A stretch of DNA of 64,000 bases from Kiritimatiellia bacterium (GTDB lineage: Bacteria; Verrucomicrobiota; Kiritimatiellia; JAAZAB01), in contig JBMNRV010000006.1 of the NCBI GenBank assembly GCA_050944835.1, forward strand, positions 30,999 to 94,998. Direction: 5' to 3'. Positions 53,766 through 64,000 of the stretch are shown here, piece after piece; the first letter of the stretch is position 1; the number at the start of each line of letters is the position of its first letter. The translations under genes were made by a program, and so were the position numbers. Under the pieces are notes generated by a model. The model was not told the DNA's origin. It ran no database searches and worked only from the letters and a program-made list of their open reading frames with translations.

Positions 53766-54125
53766 ATGTCGCGCTGTCCGCTATGCGGACATGGATCGGT
53801 GGACACCCGGATACACGAATTAATTCGCGTATCAGGGTGTCAGCCGATCCGCCAGACCGGCAGATGCTCCTAAAACTAGGCAGTTGGTAAGTTTGTCGCA
53901 GATGCGCGGCGCGAAGGATGAAGCTGTATAAACATACTGCGAGTCATTCGCAACAAAGCAGATGCGGCAAAATCGCCAACCCCTTTACGGGTTTGAAATT
54001 CAGGAAACTTTCTTTCACCAAATGAGCGCTGTAACTCTAAGTCTTGACATTCTTATTCTTAACTCTTTATCTTGTTTCCTGAATTTCAAATGCCGTTTTT
54101 AGGATGCCGGTCAGCGCGACATGCG
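53766..54125. repeat. Long dispersed element, copy B, 250 nt upstream of tig
   Basis: See copy A; same orientation. Confidence 0.85.
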
Positions 54126-54377
54126 TTCGTGTTATGAAAAATCTTGTGAATCTTTTGCATCTTTGTGGCCAATTATCCGGGATTTGCGTCAATCTGCGGT
54201 TTCTTTCTTGGCGTCTTGGCGGTTCAATCCTATCCGTGTCCATCCGTGTTTATCCGTGGTTCTTTCCCACGCGCATCTGCAACAAACTTGCCATCTGCCG
54301 AAGATAGGGTAATATTTTGCTTTGTCGCTTCCTGTTTTTATGCTAAAAGGGAAATTTAATTTATCAGGAGTTACCGA

Positions 54378-55739
54378 ATGAAAGTCAGCGTCGAAAAACA
54401 AGGGCCCTGCCGCAAAATTATGACGGTAGAACTGCCGGTCGAAACTGTACGTGATGAATATAACAAAGTTTTAGAGCGTTCCGTTAAATTCGCACGCATA
54501 CCCGGTTTCCGCAAAGGCCGCGCTCCGATCAATTTGGTGGAAAACCATTATGGACGGGAAATCCGGGAGGAAACACAGGAACGTCTGGTGGCGCGCACCT
54601 TCAGAGAAGCTTTGAAAAAAGTCAACGTTGACCCGGTTATGTTCCTCAACCTGGATGCAAACCTTCAAAAAGAACAGCCGCTCGTTTACCGCTTGACCAT
54701 GGACGTGGCGCCGGAATTCAAGCTGCCGCGCTATAAAGGTATTCCGCTGAAACCCGAAAAGCTGGAAGTCACCGATGAAATGGTGGAAAATTCGCTGAAA
54801 CAACTGTTGAAAGGTTTCTCCAAATACGAGGATGCGGATGATCGGGCAATCTGCGAAGGCGATTTGGTTATATTGGATTTCGATGCGACACTAGACGGCC
54901 GACCGCTGAATAAAGTTATCCCAGACACCGCCGGACTGGATCGCGGACGCAACATTATGCTCGTAGCCAATGAACAGGGTACATTTTTGCCGGGATTTGA
55001 CAAACAATTGCTCGGCCTGAAGGTCGGCGACAAAAAAAGTTTTGAAATCACTTTCCCCGCCAAATTTACCCAAAAAGGTTTGGCCGACAAAATTGTAACG
55101 TACAATGTCAAAATAAATAAAGTACGGGTAAACCAACCGGCGCAAATGAATGATGAATTTTTTAAGAGGTTTGAAGTAACGGATGAAACACAATTACGCG
55201 CAAAAATCCGCGATGACCTGATGACCGAGATGCAAGCTCAGCATAAGGCGCGCCAGGAAGAAGAAATCATTCGTTATTTGCTGGCAAAAACCACGCTGGA
55301 TTTACCGGAATCACTGGCACAGGAAGAAACCTTGCAGGTGTTTTATTCAATCGCCCGCCGGGCCATAATGCAGGGAATGACCCGTGAACAGGTTGCCGAG
55401 CGCCAGGAAGAATTCCGCGCAACCGCAGTCGCTACCGCCACCGACCGGATCAAGACCCGCTATATTCTCCACCGCATCGCCAATGAGGAACAGATCACGG
55501 TGACAGACGATGAAGTTGACAGCGAAATCAGCAAGCTTGCGCCGCGTTACCGGATGGATAAAGATCAATTGCGCAAACAGTTGTATGAAGAACAGCAAAT
55601 AGACGCTTTGCGACATGATATTCTGTCGCGGAAAGTTGTGGAATTTCTACTGGCAAATGCCAAAATCGGCGAAGAAGGATTTTTAACCCGCCTGATGGGC
55701 GGTGGACGTAAACCGGCGGAAGAAAACGCATCGGATTGA
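54378..55739 (+). CDS. tig: Trigger factor
   Basis: The 453 aa ORF has the ribosome-binding N-domain with GFRKGRAP, a central FKBP-like PPIase region and a C-terminal arm. It has the conserved tig-clpP-clpX neighbourhood. Confidence 0.92.
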   Translation: MKVSVEKQGPCRKIMTVELPVETVRDEYNKVLERSVKFARIPGFRKGRAPINLVENHYGREIREETQERLVARTFREALKKVNVDPVMFLNLDANLQKEQPLVYRLTMDVAPEFKLPRYKGIPLKPEKLEVTDEMVENSLKQLLKGFSKYEDADDRAICEGDLVILDFDATLDGRPLNKVIPDTAGLDRGRNIMLVANEQGTFLPGFDKQLLGLKVGDKKSFEITFPAKFTQKGLADKIVTYNVKINKVRVNQPAQMNDEFFKRFEVTDETQLRAKIRDDLMTEMQAQHKARQEEEIIRYLLAKTTLDLPESLAQEETLQVFYSIARRAIMQGMTREQVAERQEEFRATAVATATDRIKTRYILHRIANEEQITVTDDEVDSEISKLAPRYRMDKDQLRKQLYEEQQIDALRHDILSRKVVEFLLANAKIGEEGFLTRLMGGGRKPAEENASD

Positions 55740-55766
55740 AATTTACTGCTGTGAGGAGAATATACC

Positions 55767-56397
55767 CATGAATGAACGCGCTCAAGTGCTAGTGCCGATG
55801 GTGGTGGAACAGACCGGACGCGGCGAACGCGCCTATGATATTTACTCGCGTCTGCTTAAAGACCGCATCGTTTTTCTCGGCACCGCAATCACAGACGAGA
55901 TCAGCAGCTTGGTGGTGGCGCAGTTGCTCTTCCTGCAAGCTGAAGACGCCGGAAAGGAAATCAGCTTCTACATTAATTCACCCGGCGGGTCGGTGACTGC
56001 CGGCATGGCGATTTATGATACCATGCAGTTTGTAAAATGCGACGTAGCCACTTACTGCGTGGGCCAGGCCGCTAGTTTCGGCGCAGTGCTGCTGGCCGCC
56101 GGCACACCGGGCAAACGTTTTGCCTTGCCCAATTCCCGGATCATGATGCACCAACCCTGGGGCGGCACACAGGGCACGGCCTCAGACATCAGCATACAAG
56201 CCCAGGAAATTCTGCGCCTGCGGGACATCATTAATGAAATTCTCGCCAAGCATACCGGCAAGTCCGCCGAAACTGTGGCACGGGACACCGATCGGGATTA
56301 TTTCATGTCGGCGGAAGAAGCCAAGAAATACGGGCTGGTGGATGATGTAGTCACAAGCCGCCGCACACCAGAAACTAAGGCTGCCAAAAAAAGCTGA
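55767..56397 (+). CDS. clpP: ATP-dependent Clp protease proteolytic subunit
   Basis: The track ORF starts upstream (55702), but the canonical ClpP N-terminus [30 protein letters not shown] begins at the ATG at 55767. The catalytic Ser (GQAASFGA) and His (MMHQP) motifs are present. Confidence 0.92.
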
Positions 56398-56436
56398 CGT
56401 TGCCTCAACCGGACAATTTACAGGAAGCATTACATC

Positions 56437-57678
<1,242 letters not shown>

Positions 57679-57705
57679 CCGGCTGGCATCCCCCATCAGG
57701 CGTTA

Positions 57706-58188
57706 TCAGTTCCCGATAACGTCCTTTAAATACTGCTTGTGCTCCCGAATGCCGCCGGTCTGGCGCTGTCCGGCGCCAAACGACTGACAGGCTGCCTGTG
57801 CCAACATAACAGCGCCAACCATAGCGGCTAAGCTGACGCACAGTGGAATAAGCGCGCCCCAAATATTTGCCCGCATCAGCAGGAACATCATTACGACGCC
57901 AACAACCAGCGCGGACACCGCCGTCACGACCCAGATTAAGGGACTGCCCGACATGTGGACCATCGCCACCGCCGTCGCGGCAATGGCTACCGCCCAAACA
58001 AGCAACACCACCAGCAAATAGCGCCAAAACTCCGTATTCCTTAACCGGAAAGCCCGGCCGACACCCCACAACGCCAGCGACCCAACCAAAACCGCTACAG
58101 CAAGAATCACCCAGCGCCCCAGCCCGGGAGCCGGCTCCCGCAGCAGCCAATCCAACACCGGCAGAATCTTATCAATATATTTTTGCAT
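57706..58188 (-). CDS. Hypothetical membrane protein
   Basis: The 160 aa ORF has four predicted TM helices and no family signal. Confidence 0.4.
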   Translation of the reverse strand: MQKYIDKILPVLDWLLREPAPGLGRWVILAVAVLVGSLALWGVGRAFRLRNTEFWRYLLVVLLVWAVAIAATAVAMVHMSGSPLIWVVTAVSALVVGVVMMFLLMRANIWGALIPLCVSLAAMVGAVMLAQAACQSFGAGQRQTGGIREHKQYLKDVIGN

Positions 58189-58212
58189 GAATCAGCCCTC
58201 CTTTGATTATCT

Positions 58213-58584
58213 TTATAAATCGAGCAACGGTCCAGTTGGACGGTTATGTTCATCCAACACCAACACCAAAGGCCGATGCCGCCTTGCTTCTTCAGCCGAT
58301 ACAGCGGCAAAAGCCATCACCACCAACCGATCACCGATGTTCCCCAACTGTGCCGCCGGCCCATTCAGGCAAACAATGCCGGAGTGGCGCGGGCCCGGCA
58401 TGGCATAAGTTTCAAAGCGGTTAGTATTTGAGCGGTTAGATACCAGCAGTTTCTCATAAGGCAGGATTTTCACCGCTTCCATTAATTCCGGGTCCAAGGT
58501 AAGGCTGCCCTGGTAATCCGGCTCCACCGCCGTCACTGTCGCCATGTGCAATTTCGATTTCAACATGATCAGATCCATCTGCAT
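58213..58584 (-). CDS. panD: Aspartate 1-decarboxylase
   Basis: The 123 aa ORF has the PanD pattern MLKSKLHMATVT...YQGSLTLD (the self-processing Gly-Ser site) ...FETYAMPG...GIVCLNGPAAQLGNIGDRLVVMAF. Confidence 0.85.
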   Translation of the reverse strand: MQMDLIMLKSKLHMATVTAVEPDYQGSLTLDPELMEAVKILPYEKLLVSNRSNTNRFETYAMPGPRHSGIVCLNGPAAQLGNIGDRLVVMAFAAVSAEEARRHRPLVLVLDEHNRPTGPLLDL

Positions 58585-58686
58585 CCTCCTTCGCCGCAGC
58601 CATATTTATACAACTTAGGCGGTGGAAATCCAAGCAAAGTTTCAATGAAAGCGAATAGGGACTGAAGGGACAAAAGGGACGGCAGG

Positions 58687-58820
58687 GTGCGAGACCGCAC
58701 TGGCGGTGCGAGACCGCACTGGCGGTGCGAGACCGCACTGGCGGTGCGAGACCGCACTGGCAGGGTGCGAGACCGCACTGGCGGTGCGAGACCGCACTGG
58801 CGGTGCGAGACCGCACTGGC
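58687..58820. repeat. 7 x 19 nt tandem array (GTGCGAGACCGCACTGGCG)
   Basis: Seven units, with a 2-3 nt insertion after unit 4. It is a variant of the 18-mer hairpin unit (GTGCG AGAC CGCAC). Confidence 0.9.
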
Positions 58821-58938
58821 AGCCCTTTCACCCGGAGATTGACTCTGCTGCCAGTTTGGTTTACGATTCCATCGGCTTTGAACAATTGTGAGCCAACTAC
58901 TGTTGTTCTATTAATTGCGTCACTTCATGGTTTGAAAC

Positions 58939-60579
58939 ATGCAAAATCCCATGATATTTGATTGTTGGACTTCCTACGGGATAGGTCCGGGGCAGGATGA
59001 TCAGGAACGTCGGACTTTGGTTCATCTGTTGGAGGACCTTGATCATTTCGGCGTAGCCGGCGCGCTGGTGCGCCATGAGCAGGTTCTGCATTACGACCCG
59101 ATGTTCTGCAACCGGAGATTATTGGCGGAACTGGCGCCGCATCGGAAGAAACTCTTCCCCTGCTGGTCGGCAATTCCGCATCAGTACGGAGATTTTCCGA
59201 CGGCGGCCGAGTTTTTACGCGAGGCGGATGCCGGAGATGTGCGGGCATTTTGCATTCAGCCAAAATTGCACGGTGTGCCAACGGATGCCGGCGAGTGGCG
59301 GGAATTGGCGGATGCGTTGAACCGGCGGCAGGCGTTGATTTTGACGCCTTTGCCGGAATTTGGCGATGACTTCGATAAGGCGCGTAATTTCTGCCGTATT
59401 TTCAAAGATTGTCCGATCGTAATCACTGAAGCATCCTGGCCTCAATGGCGCTTAGTATATGCCCTGATGAATGCTTGTCCAAATACCTACTTGGAATTTC
59501 ATCTGTTTCAGGCCAATCGCGCGGTGGAATTCTTTGCCAACCGCTTTGGTGTGGACCGCCTGTTGTTCGGGTCAGGCTTGGTCAGGCGTTCTGCCGGCGC
59601 AGCGCGCGGGTTCGTTGACTGGTCACTCCTGCCGGATGAGGCAGTCGCAAAATTTGCCGGCGCCAATTTGCGGCGGCTGCTGGGCGCCGGGCCGTCATCG
59701 GCGCCGGCGGTTCCGGAAGATGCCGACCTGATTGTCCGCGCAGCGCGCGCTGGGCAACCATTGCCGGTATTGACGCTGGACGCGCATACGCATGTATTGC
59801 ACAAAGGCTTGCACAGCGCCGGCAGGCAATATGTCATGATGCAGGGCGATTGGCAGGGCATGCGCGAATTGACCCAACGGATGGGCATCACCCTGACCGC
59901 GCTGATGAGCTGGAATGGCACAGTCAACATGGATGTGGAATCCGGCAATGAATTAATTGCCGAATTGGTACAGGAGTATGGCACAGAAATCGTGGGTTTA
60001 TCGAGTTGCAACCCGATCATCCAAGACGCCACCGCCATACGCAAAATGTGCGAGTGGATGCATCTGAAACTGGGATGCCGCGGTATGAAGCCATACTATA
60101 CCAACGGTCTGTCTTACGCCGATGACCGTTATGCGCCATGGTGGAAGTTTTGTAACCAACACCGATTATACGGACTGCTGCATATCAGCGCTGACGCCGG
60201 CGGGTACACAGCGGTGACGGAGTTGGCACAGCGTTATCCCAAGGCGACGTTCCTGATTGCCCATGCCGCCGGTTCCTGGACGGCGGCGCGCGCGGCAGCC
60301 GAATTGATACAAAAACATAAAAATGTCATGGCGGAAATAACTTTAACGCCAGTGTGCAACGGCACAATTGAATACCTATGCCGAACGGCGGGCGCTGACC
60401 GGGTGTTATTCGGTACGGACGCGCCAATGCGCGATCCACGTCCGCAACTGGGCTGGTGTGTATATGCCCGGTTAAACGTGGAAGAGAAAAAACAGGTGCT
60501 GGGGGAAAATTTCCGGCGTATTCTGCGTAGGGGCAATCTCCCGGGACACACGCTGCCGGCTTGTTTGTCCGCATCATAA
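58939..60579 (+). CDS. Tandem amidohydrolase-2 (metal-dependent TIM-barrel hydrolase) domain protein
   Basis: The 546 aa ORF has two successive units. Each ends in an amidohydrolase_2-like strand with Asp (LLFGSGL... / LFGTDAPM). The second unit carries the metal-binding LDAHTHV. The substrate is unknown. Confidence 0.55.
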   Translation: MQNPMIFDCWTSYGIGPGQDDQERRTLVHLLEDLDHFGVAGALVRHEQVLHYDPMFCNRRLLAELAPHRKKLFPCWSAIPHQYGDFPTAAEFLREADAGDVRAFCIQPKLHGVPTDAGEWRELADALNRRQALILTPLPEFGDDFDKARNFCRIFKDCPIVITEASWPQWRLVYALMNACPNTYLEFHLFQANRAVEFFANRFGVDRLLFGSGLVRRSAGAARGFVDWSLLPDEAVAKFAGANLRRLLGAGPSSAPAVPEDADLIVRAARAGQPLPVLTLDAHTHVLHKGLHSAGRQYVMMQGDWQGMRELTQRMGITLTALMSWNGTVNMDVESGNELIAELVQEYGTEIVGLSSCNPIIQDATAIRKMCEWMHLKLGCRGMKPYYTNGLSYADDRYAPWWKFCNQHRLYGLLHISADAGGYTAVTELAQRYPKATFLIAHAAGSWTAARAAAELIQKHKNVMAEITLTPVCNGTIEYLCRTAGADRVLFGTDAPMRDPRPQLGWCVYARLNVEEKKQVLGENFRRILRRGNLPGHTLPACLSAS

Positions 60580-60607
60580 ACTTAATTAACCGCAAGGAGT
60601 ATGCGCC

Positions 60608-61213
60608 ATGCTGACATCATCGCGATACAGGAATGTTTCAGGTTTAATAATATTCGCTTTAATATTACAACAGGGATGCGTCAACCTGGGAGAAAGGACA
60701 ACCATGACTGAAAAATGCGCGAAAAACACTGTAGTAGTTATGGAAACATCTCACGGCATCATGGAAATTGAGCTGTTCGACGCACAAGCTCCGATATCTG
60801 TCAGTAACTTCCTGGCGTATGTGGATGAGGGTTTTTACGATGGCGTCATCTTCCATCGGGTTATCCCGGGCTTCATGATTCAAGGCGGCGGATTCAATGC
60901 CGACTTACAACAAAAAGCCACACGAGCGCCAATCAAAAATGAGGCGGCCAACGGATTGAAAAATGACCGCGGCACTCTGGCTATGGCTCGAACGATGGAA
61001 ATTGACAGCGCTACCGCACAGTTTTTCATCAATGTGACGGACAACGCTTTCCTTAATCACGGCGTCCGTGATTACGGTTATGCCGTATTTGCCAAGGTAA
61101 CGGCCGGCATGGAGGTGGCGGACAAGATCGCCGCAACTCCAACCACTGTCAAAAGAGGCATGAGCGACGTGCCGGCTAAGGATGTCATCATCAAATCCAT
61201 GCGCCGAAAGTAA
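60608..61213 (+). CDS. Cyclophilin-type peptidyl-prolyl cis-trans isomerase, probable lipoprotein
   Basis: The 201 aa ORF has a lipobox-like LILQQGC. Its cyclophilin core has [22 protein letters not shown] and [12 protein letters not shown]. Confidence 0.85.
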   Translation: MLTSSRYRNVSGLIIFALILQQGCVNLGERTTMTEKCAKNTVVVMETSHGIMEIELFDAQAPISVSNFLAYVDEGFYDGVIFHRVIPGFMIQGGGFNADLQQKATRAPIKNEAANGLKNDRGTLAMARTMEIDSATAQFFINVTDNAFLNHGVRDYGYAVFAKVTAGMEVADKIAATPTTVKRGMSDVPAKDVIIKSMRRK

Positions 61214-61233
61214 CTCCGGGCGCCCGGTCAAGG

Positions 61234-62172
61234 CTACAACGCATTCCGGTATTTATTCAGCCACCGCGAAAGAGTGGTCTTGTCGGCAAAACCTAGTTCG
61301 GCGGCCATGCGCTTACCGGGCATCTTATCCGCCAGCAATATCTTGGCGCGTTCCAACCGGCAGGCGTCAATATACTGATGGACGGTCTGACCGGTGTTTT
61401 GTTTGAAGACTCGTGCGAAGTGGCCGGGACTGTACCCGGCCACTTCCGCCAACCCCGCCAGCGACGCATTGACACCACCGGTCTGCCGGATATGCCCACA
61501 AATTGCCTTGATTTTCTTGCGCAGCAGTTCATCCCGGTCAATGCTCTCCCCAGGCCGGCGCATGTATTCAATAATCAGACGCAACAAATCCGCAAAAAAC
61601 GCTATCAGCAATAATTTGACATTCAGCGTCGCAGCCGGATCGCCGCCATCCGCTACCGTGCGCAACAAAGAAAGCCGGCGGCCCAGATCGCCGACATGGA
61701 AAAAGCTACGCTCACCATATACGCGATGAACCCGACCGCGTCGTACAATGACAAACTGCAGAAAAACATGCTCAGCAGCAATGAACCTTGCCCAGATGTG
61801 GCGCAGTCCATCATCCGAAGGATGGTAACGATTAACATGCGGCTGGTTAGGCGCAGTCATCACCATGACGCCTGGGCGGCAACGGAATGCCCGATCTTGT
61901 ACCCCATGCCAAGACGACCCGCCGACCACTAACAACACTTCATGAAACGGATGGACATGCTGATGCCGACGCAGCCAAGCCAACGTGTCGGCGCTCGGTC
62001 GTCCAGAGGCCGACGGCAGGGCTTGGTATGGCGTTACCAGGCGCCATTGCCGCAAGTCAGACAACAACTCCAAAACAGCGGGAGTGAAAAAAGCGTCGGC
62101 ATCCCGCCAAGTAAACAATTTGAGCGCTTTATCCATTGCCACTATTTGCGAACTACCACTCGCCAATCCCAA
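61234..62172 (-). CDS. AraC-family transcriptional regulator
   Basis: The 312 aa ORF has an N-terminal cupin-like sensing region. It has a C-terminal double HTH (LAGLAEVAGYSPGHFARVFKQNTGQTVHQYIDACRLERAKILL...MAAELGFADKTTLSRWLNKY). Confidence 0.8.
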   Translation of the reverse strand: MGLASGSSQIVAMDKALKLFTWRDADAFFTPAVLELLSDLRQWRLVTPYQALPSASGRPSADTLAWLRRHQHVHPFHEVLLVVGGSSWHGVQDRAFRCRPGVMVMTAPNQPHVNRYHPSDDGLRHIWARFIAAEHVFLQFVIVRRGRVHRVYGERSFFHVGDLGRRLSLLRTVADGGDPAATLNVKLLLIAFFADLLRLIIEYMRRPGESIDRDELLRKKIKAICGHIRQTGGVNASLAGLAEVAGYSPGHFARVFKQNTGQTVHQYIDACRLERAKILLADKMPGKRMAAELGFADKTTLSRWLNKYRNAL

Positions 62173-62196
62173 CCCGGCACAGAGAGCGCCTAACCG

Positions 62197-64000
62197 CTAA
62201 AAACCCAGCGGGATGACGAAGAGTCGGTAGGCCTGGCCGGACAATCTGGCCATCCAGATTTTCCCGGAAATATTCCGCACAGCCGGGTCCATCAGGCCAT
62301 CGCCATCGTAGTCACCCGGCGCCGGGAAATAACCCGGGCCGCCTAAGGGCCAAGGCGCAGTATAAGTATTGTAATTCAGACTGGAGAGTTTGACCTGCCA
62401 AATGCCCGAGGCGGGGAAATATACGCCAGGATCAGCAAAACCATCGCCATCAAAATCACCGGCTACAGGCCACGCGTCTGGCCCGCCAAGAAATGCCGCC
62501 CGTGTCTGTTGTGCATACTGCATTGTTGACAGGCAAACCCGCCAATCGCCCGACGCGCGGTTGTAAACACCAGGGTCCGCCAAGCCGTCGCCGTCAAAAT
62601 CCGCTACTACACCGCTCCAGCCGTCTCCGCCAAAAGCAAACGGCAGCTTAATCGTGTAATAATTTCTGCTGGAAAGCATGGCGCGCCAAGTCCCGGTGGA
62701 CTCTTGGTAAATCGCGGGATCAGCAACTCCATCGCCGTCAAAATCCGCTGCCACAGAAGCCTTGCCGCGACCGCCCAACCGGTTAAAATTATGAAGCTGC
62801 TTGTTGTAGCCGTATGCTGACGGCATAATGCTCCAGACGCCGTTCGCATCGCTGTAGAGCGCCGGGTCGGCCAGTCCATCACCATCGTAATCCGCGCTGA
62901 CGCCGGAGGATATCCCACCGCGCCATCCAGTGGCATATATACTTAAGGCGCTGGTGGAGGCCCCATTTACAGACTGTAGCCAATAATAATACAGCTTGCC
63001 AACCGGCGCATTGGTATCAATGTAATTCAAACTCGCCGTTTGCGGCAGCAATAACGCCGCTTCACCGGGTCGGCTGGAAACGCCGCGCCAGATACGGTAT
63101 CCTGTCGCCTCCGGAACGGCCTGCCAGGATACCTTCACTCCATCAACCGATGTCCCGGCGCCAGCCCTCACGACAGGCGGCGCTTCCAGCACATTGGTTT
63201 CCCAAAGCCAGGTGATACTGGAATCCTTATTAAGCACAAACGGGCGGGTATTGAGGCCGAACCCTACGGGAGGGACGCTGCCAGTGCCGGTCCAACCGAT
63301 GCAAACATAGCGGTTAGTGCCGGCTTGCACCGGCGAATTGGTTACAGTACAGTTAATGACTGACCCATTGGTATAAACAGATTCTCCAACGGCCGGATGC
63401 GCTCCGCCATGCGCGGATTTTACAGTCAGCGTGTGCATGACTGGCGGAGTGAAAACTAAATAGCAAGCTTCACAGGCTACCCGAGCGGCATTATAGCGAA
63501 GGCGCATATAACCGTTTTCGCCCCAACCATTCCCCCAGCTATTGCGCAGAATCCAACACCCGCCACCGCCTTCAGGCGGATTATCATCCCAACCGACCAA
63601 CGCAATAGCGTGATTCACTGGAGTATAATAACAGGGGTTCTCATAACAGCTAGTCGCATCGTCATCGTAAACTCCACCGGAATAGCTTGAGAAGTTGCTG
63701 GCGTCCACCGCGGCATCCACAACACCGTAAGTTATAATAGCCGTTTTAATGGCCTCAATATCACCACATGGCACACGGTGCCAGGAAGTAAATACCTCGC
63801 GCGGGCAACCCCAATAAGCACAACCACCTGGATCCGTTGGAGTATAGGGGAACGCCGACTCCAGACACACACCTTCCACAGTCAATGCCAACAGCTCGGC
63901 ATAATCGTAATCCGCGCCACCACAACCGCCAAAATGAGAAGAATATTTTGGCAACCGACCGAGGCACCACACTATGAATGACTCGGAAAAATCTATACAA
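62197..64000 (-). CDS. Secreted papain-family (C1) cysteine peptidase domain followed by five FG-GAP/VCBS-like repeats. 5' partial: the N-terminus lies beyond the window end.
   Basis: The reading frame stays open to the window edge; the track start at 63972 is an internal GTG. The C1 His motif is PVNHAIALVGWDD, and the Asn/Trp region is GCWILRNSWGNGWGENGY. It then has five repeats of D[FY]DGDG.ADP..Y....G.W. The Cys-containing N-terminal half of the protease domain and any signal peptide lie outside the window. Confidence 0.7.
   Translation of the reverse strand, partial: CIDFSESFIVWCLGRLPKYSSHFGGCGGADYDYAELLALTVEGVCLESAFPYTPTDPGGCAYWGCPREVFTSWHRVPCGDIEAIKTAIITYGVVDAAVDASNFSSYSGGVYDDDATSCYENPCYYTPVNHAIALVGWDDNPPEGGGGCWILRNSWGNGWGENGYMRLRYNAARVACEACYLVFTPPVMHTLTVKSAHGGAHPAVGESVYTNGSVINCTVTNSPVQAGTNRYVCIGWTGTGSVPPVGFGLNTRPFVLNKDSSITWLWETNVLEAPPVVRAGAGTSVDGVKVSWQAVPEATGYRIWRGVSSRPGEAALLLPQTASLNYIDTNAPVGKLYYYWLQSVNGASTSALSIYATGWRGGISSGVSADYDGDGLADPALYSDANGVWSIMPSAYGYNKQLHNFNRLGGRGKASVAADFDGDGVADPAIYQESTGTWRAMLSSRNYYTIKLPFAFGGDGWSGVVADFDGDGLADPGVYNRASGDWRVCLSTMQYAQQTRAAFLGGPDAWPVAGDFDGDGFADPGVYFPASGIWQVKLSSLNYNTYTAPWPLGGPGYFPAPGDYDGDGLMDPAVRNISGKIWMARLSGQAYRLFVIPLGF

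Overview
The window is 64 kb of high-GC bacterial chromosome (Gram-negative type; I do not assign a taxon). Most of it is conserved housekeeping genes; a few accessory segments sit between them.

Core genes, in order:
- ribD (partial), nusB, ribH, ribBA, a Tat-signal PGRP-type cell-wall amidase, nrdR
- thrS, and infC with an ATT start codon
- rsmE, dnaJ, an RsbU/RsbV-like partner-switching pair, rsmI
- alr, coaE, rho, tig, clpP, clpX, panD, a cyclophilin PPIase, an AraC regulator

Accessory and unusual content:
- A six-gene Hyf/Hyc-like membrane complex at 35063-42417. Its NuoCD-like large subunit lacks at least three of the four canonical NiFe-ligating cysteines, so it resembles an Ehr-type (hydrogenase-related) module of unknown function. 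A patatin phospholipase gene is divergent from it.
- A roughly 4.4 kb low-GC island at 28922-33282. It carries a frameshifted PD-(D/E)XK restriction endonuclease and an intact gamma-class N6-adenine methyltransferase, and is bracketed by ~380 bp direct repeats that each contain a paralogous small membrane-protein gene.
- A run of minus-strand secreted-protein genes at 9221-12418. One is an Ig-like plus NlpC/P60-like papain-fold protein, tightly coupled to a small signal-peptide protein (a candidate effector/immunity pair). Two of these genes break at the same TVNWHSQP junction.
- A gspK, gspL, gspM type II secretion triplet plus a distant GspJ-like pseudopilin.
- A bacterial C2H2-type zinc-finger protein, two MJ0042-type zinc-ribbon membrane proteins, and a secreted papain-C1 protein with FG-GAP repeats that is cut by the window end.

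Almost every intergenic region over about 150 bp is filled with a modular family of dispersed repeats:
- The dodecamer TTAGCCACAAAG, which several times directly abuts or supplies the ATG of the downstream gene.
- Hairpin-forming 18/19-mer tandem arrays.
- 9-mer and 12-mer microsatellite-like tracts.
- A ~130 nt module with a UUCG-tetraloop hairpin.
- A 45 nt element that supplies stop codons.
- A ~400 bp element present twice.

No CRISPR array, rRNA, tRNA or transposase gene could be supported.
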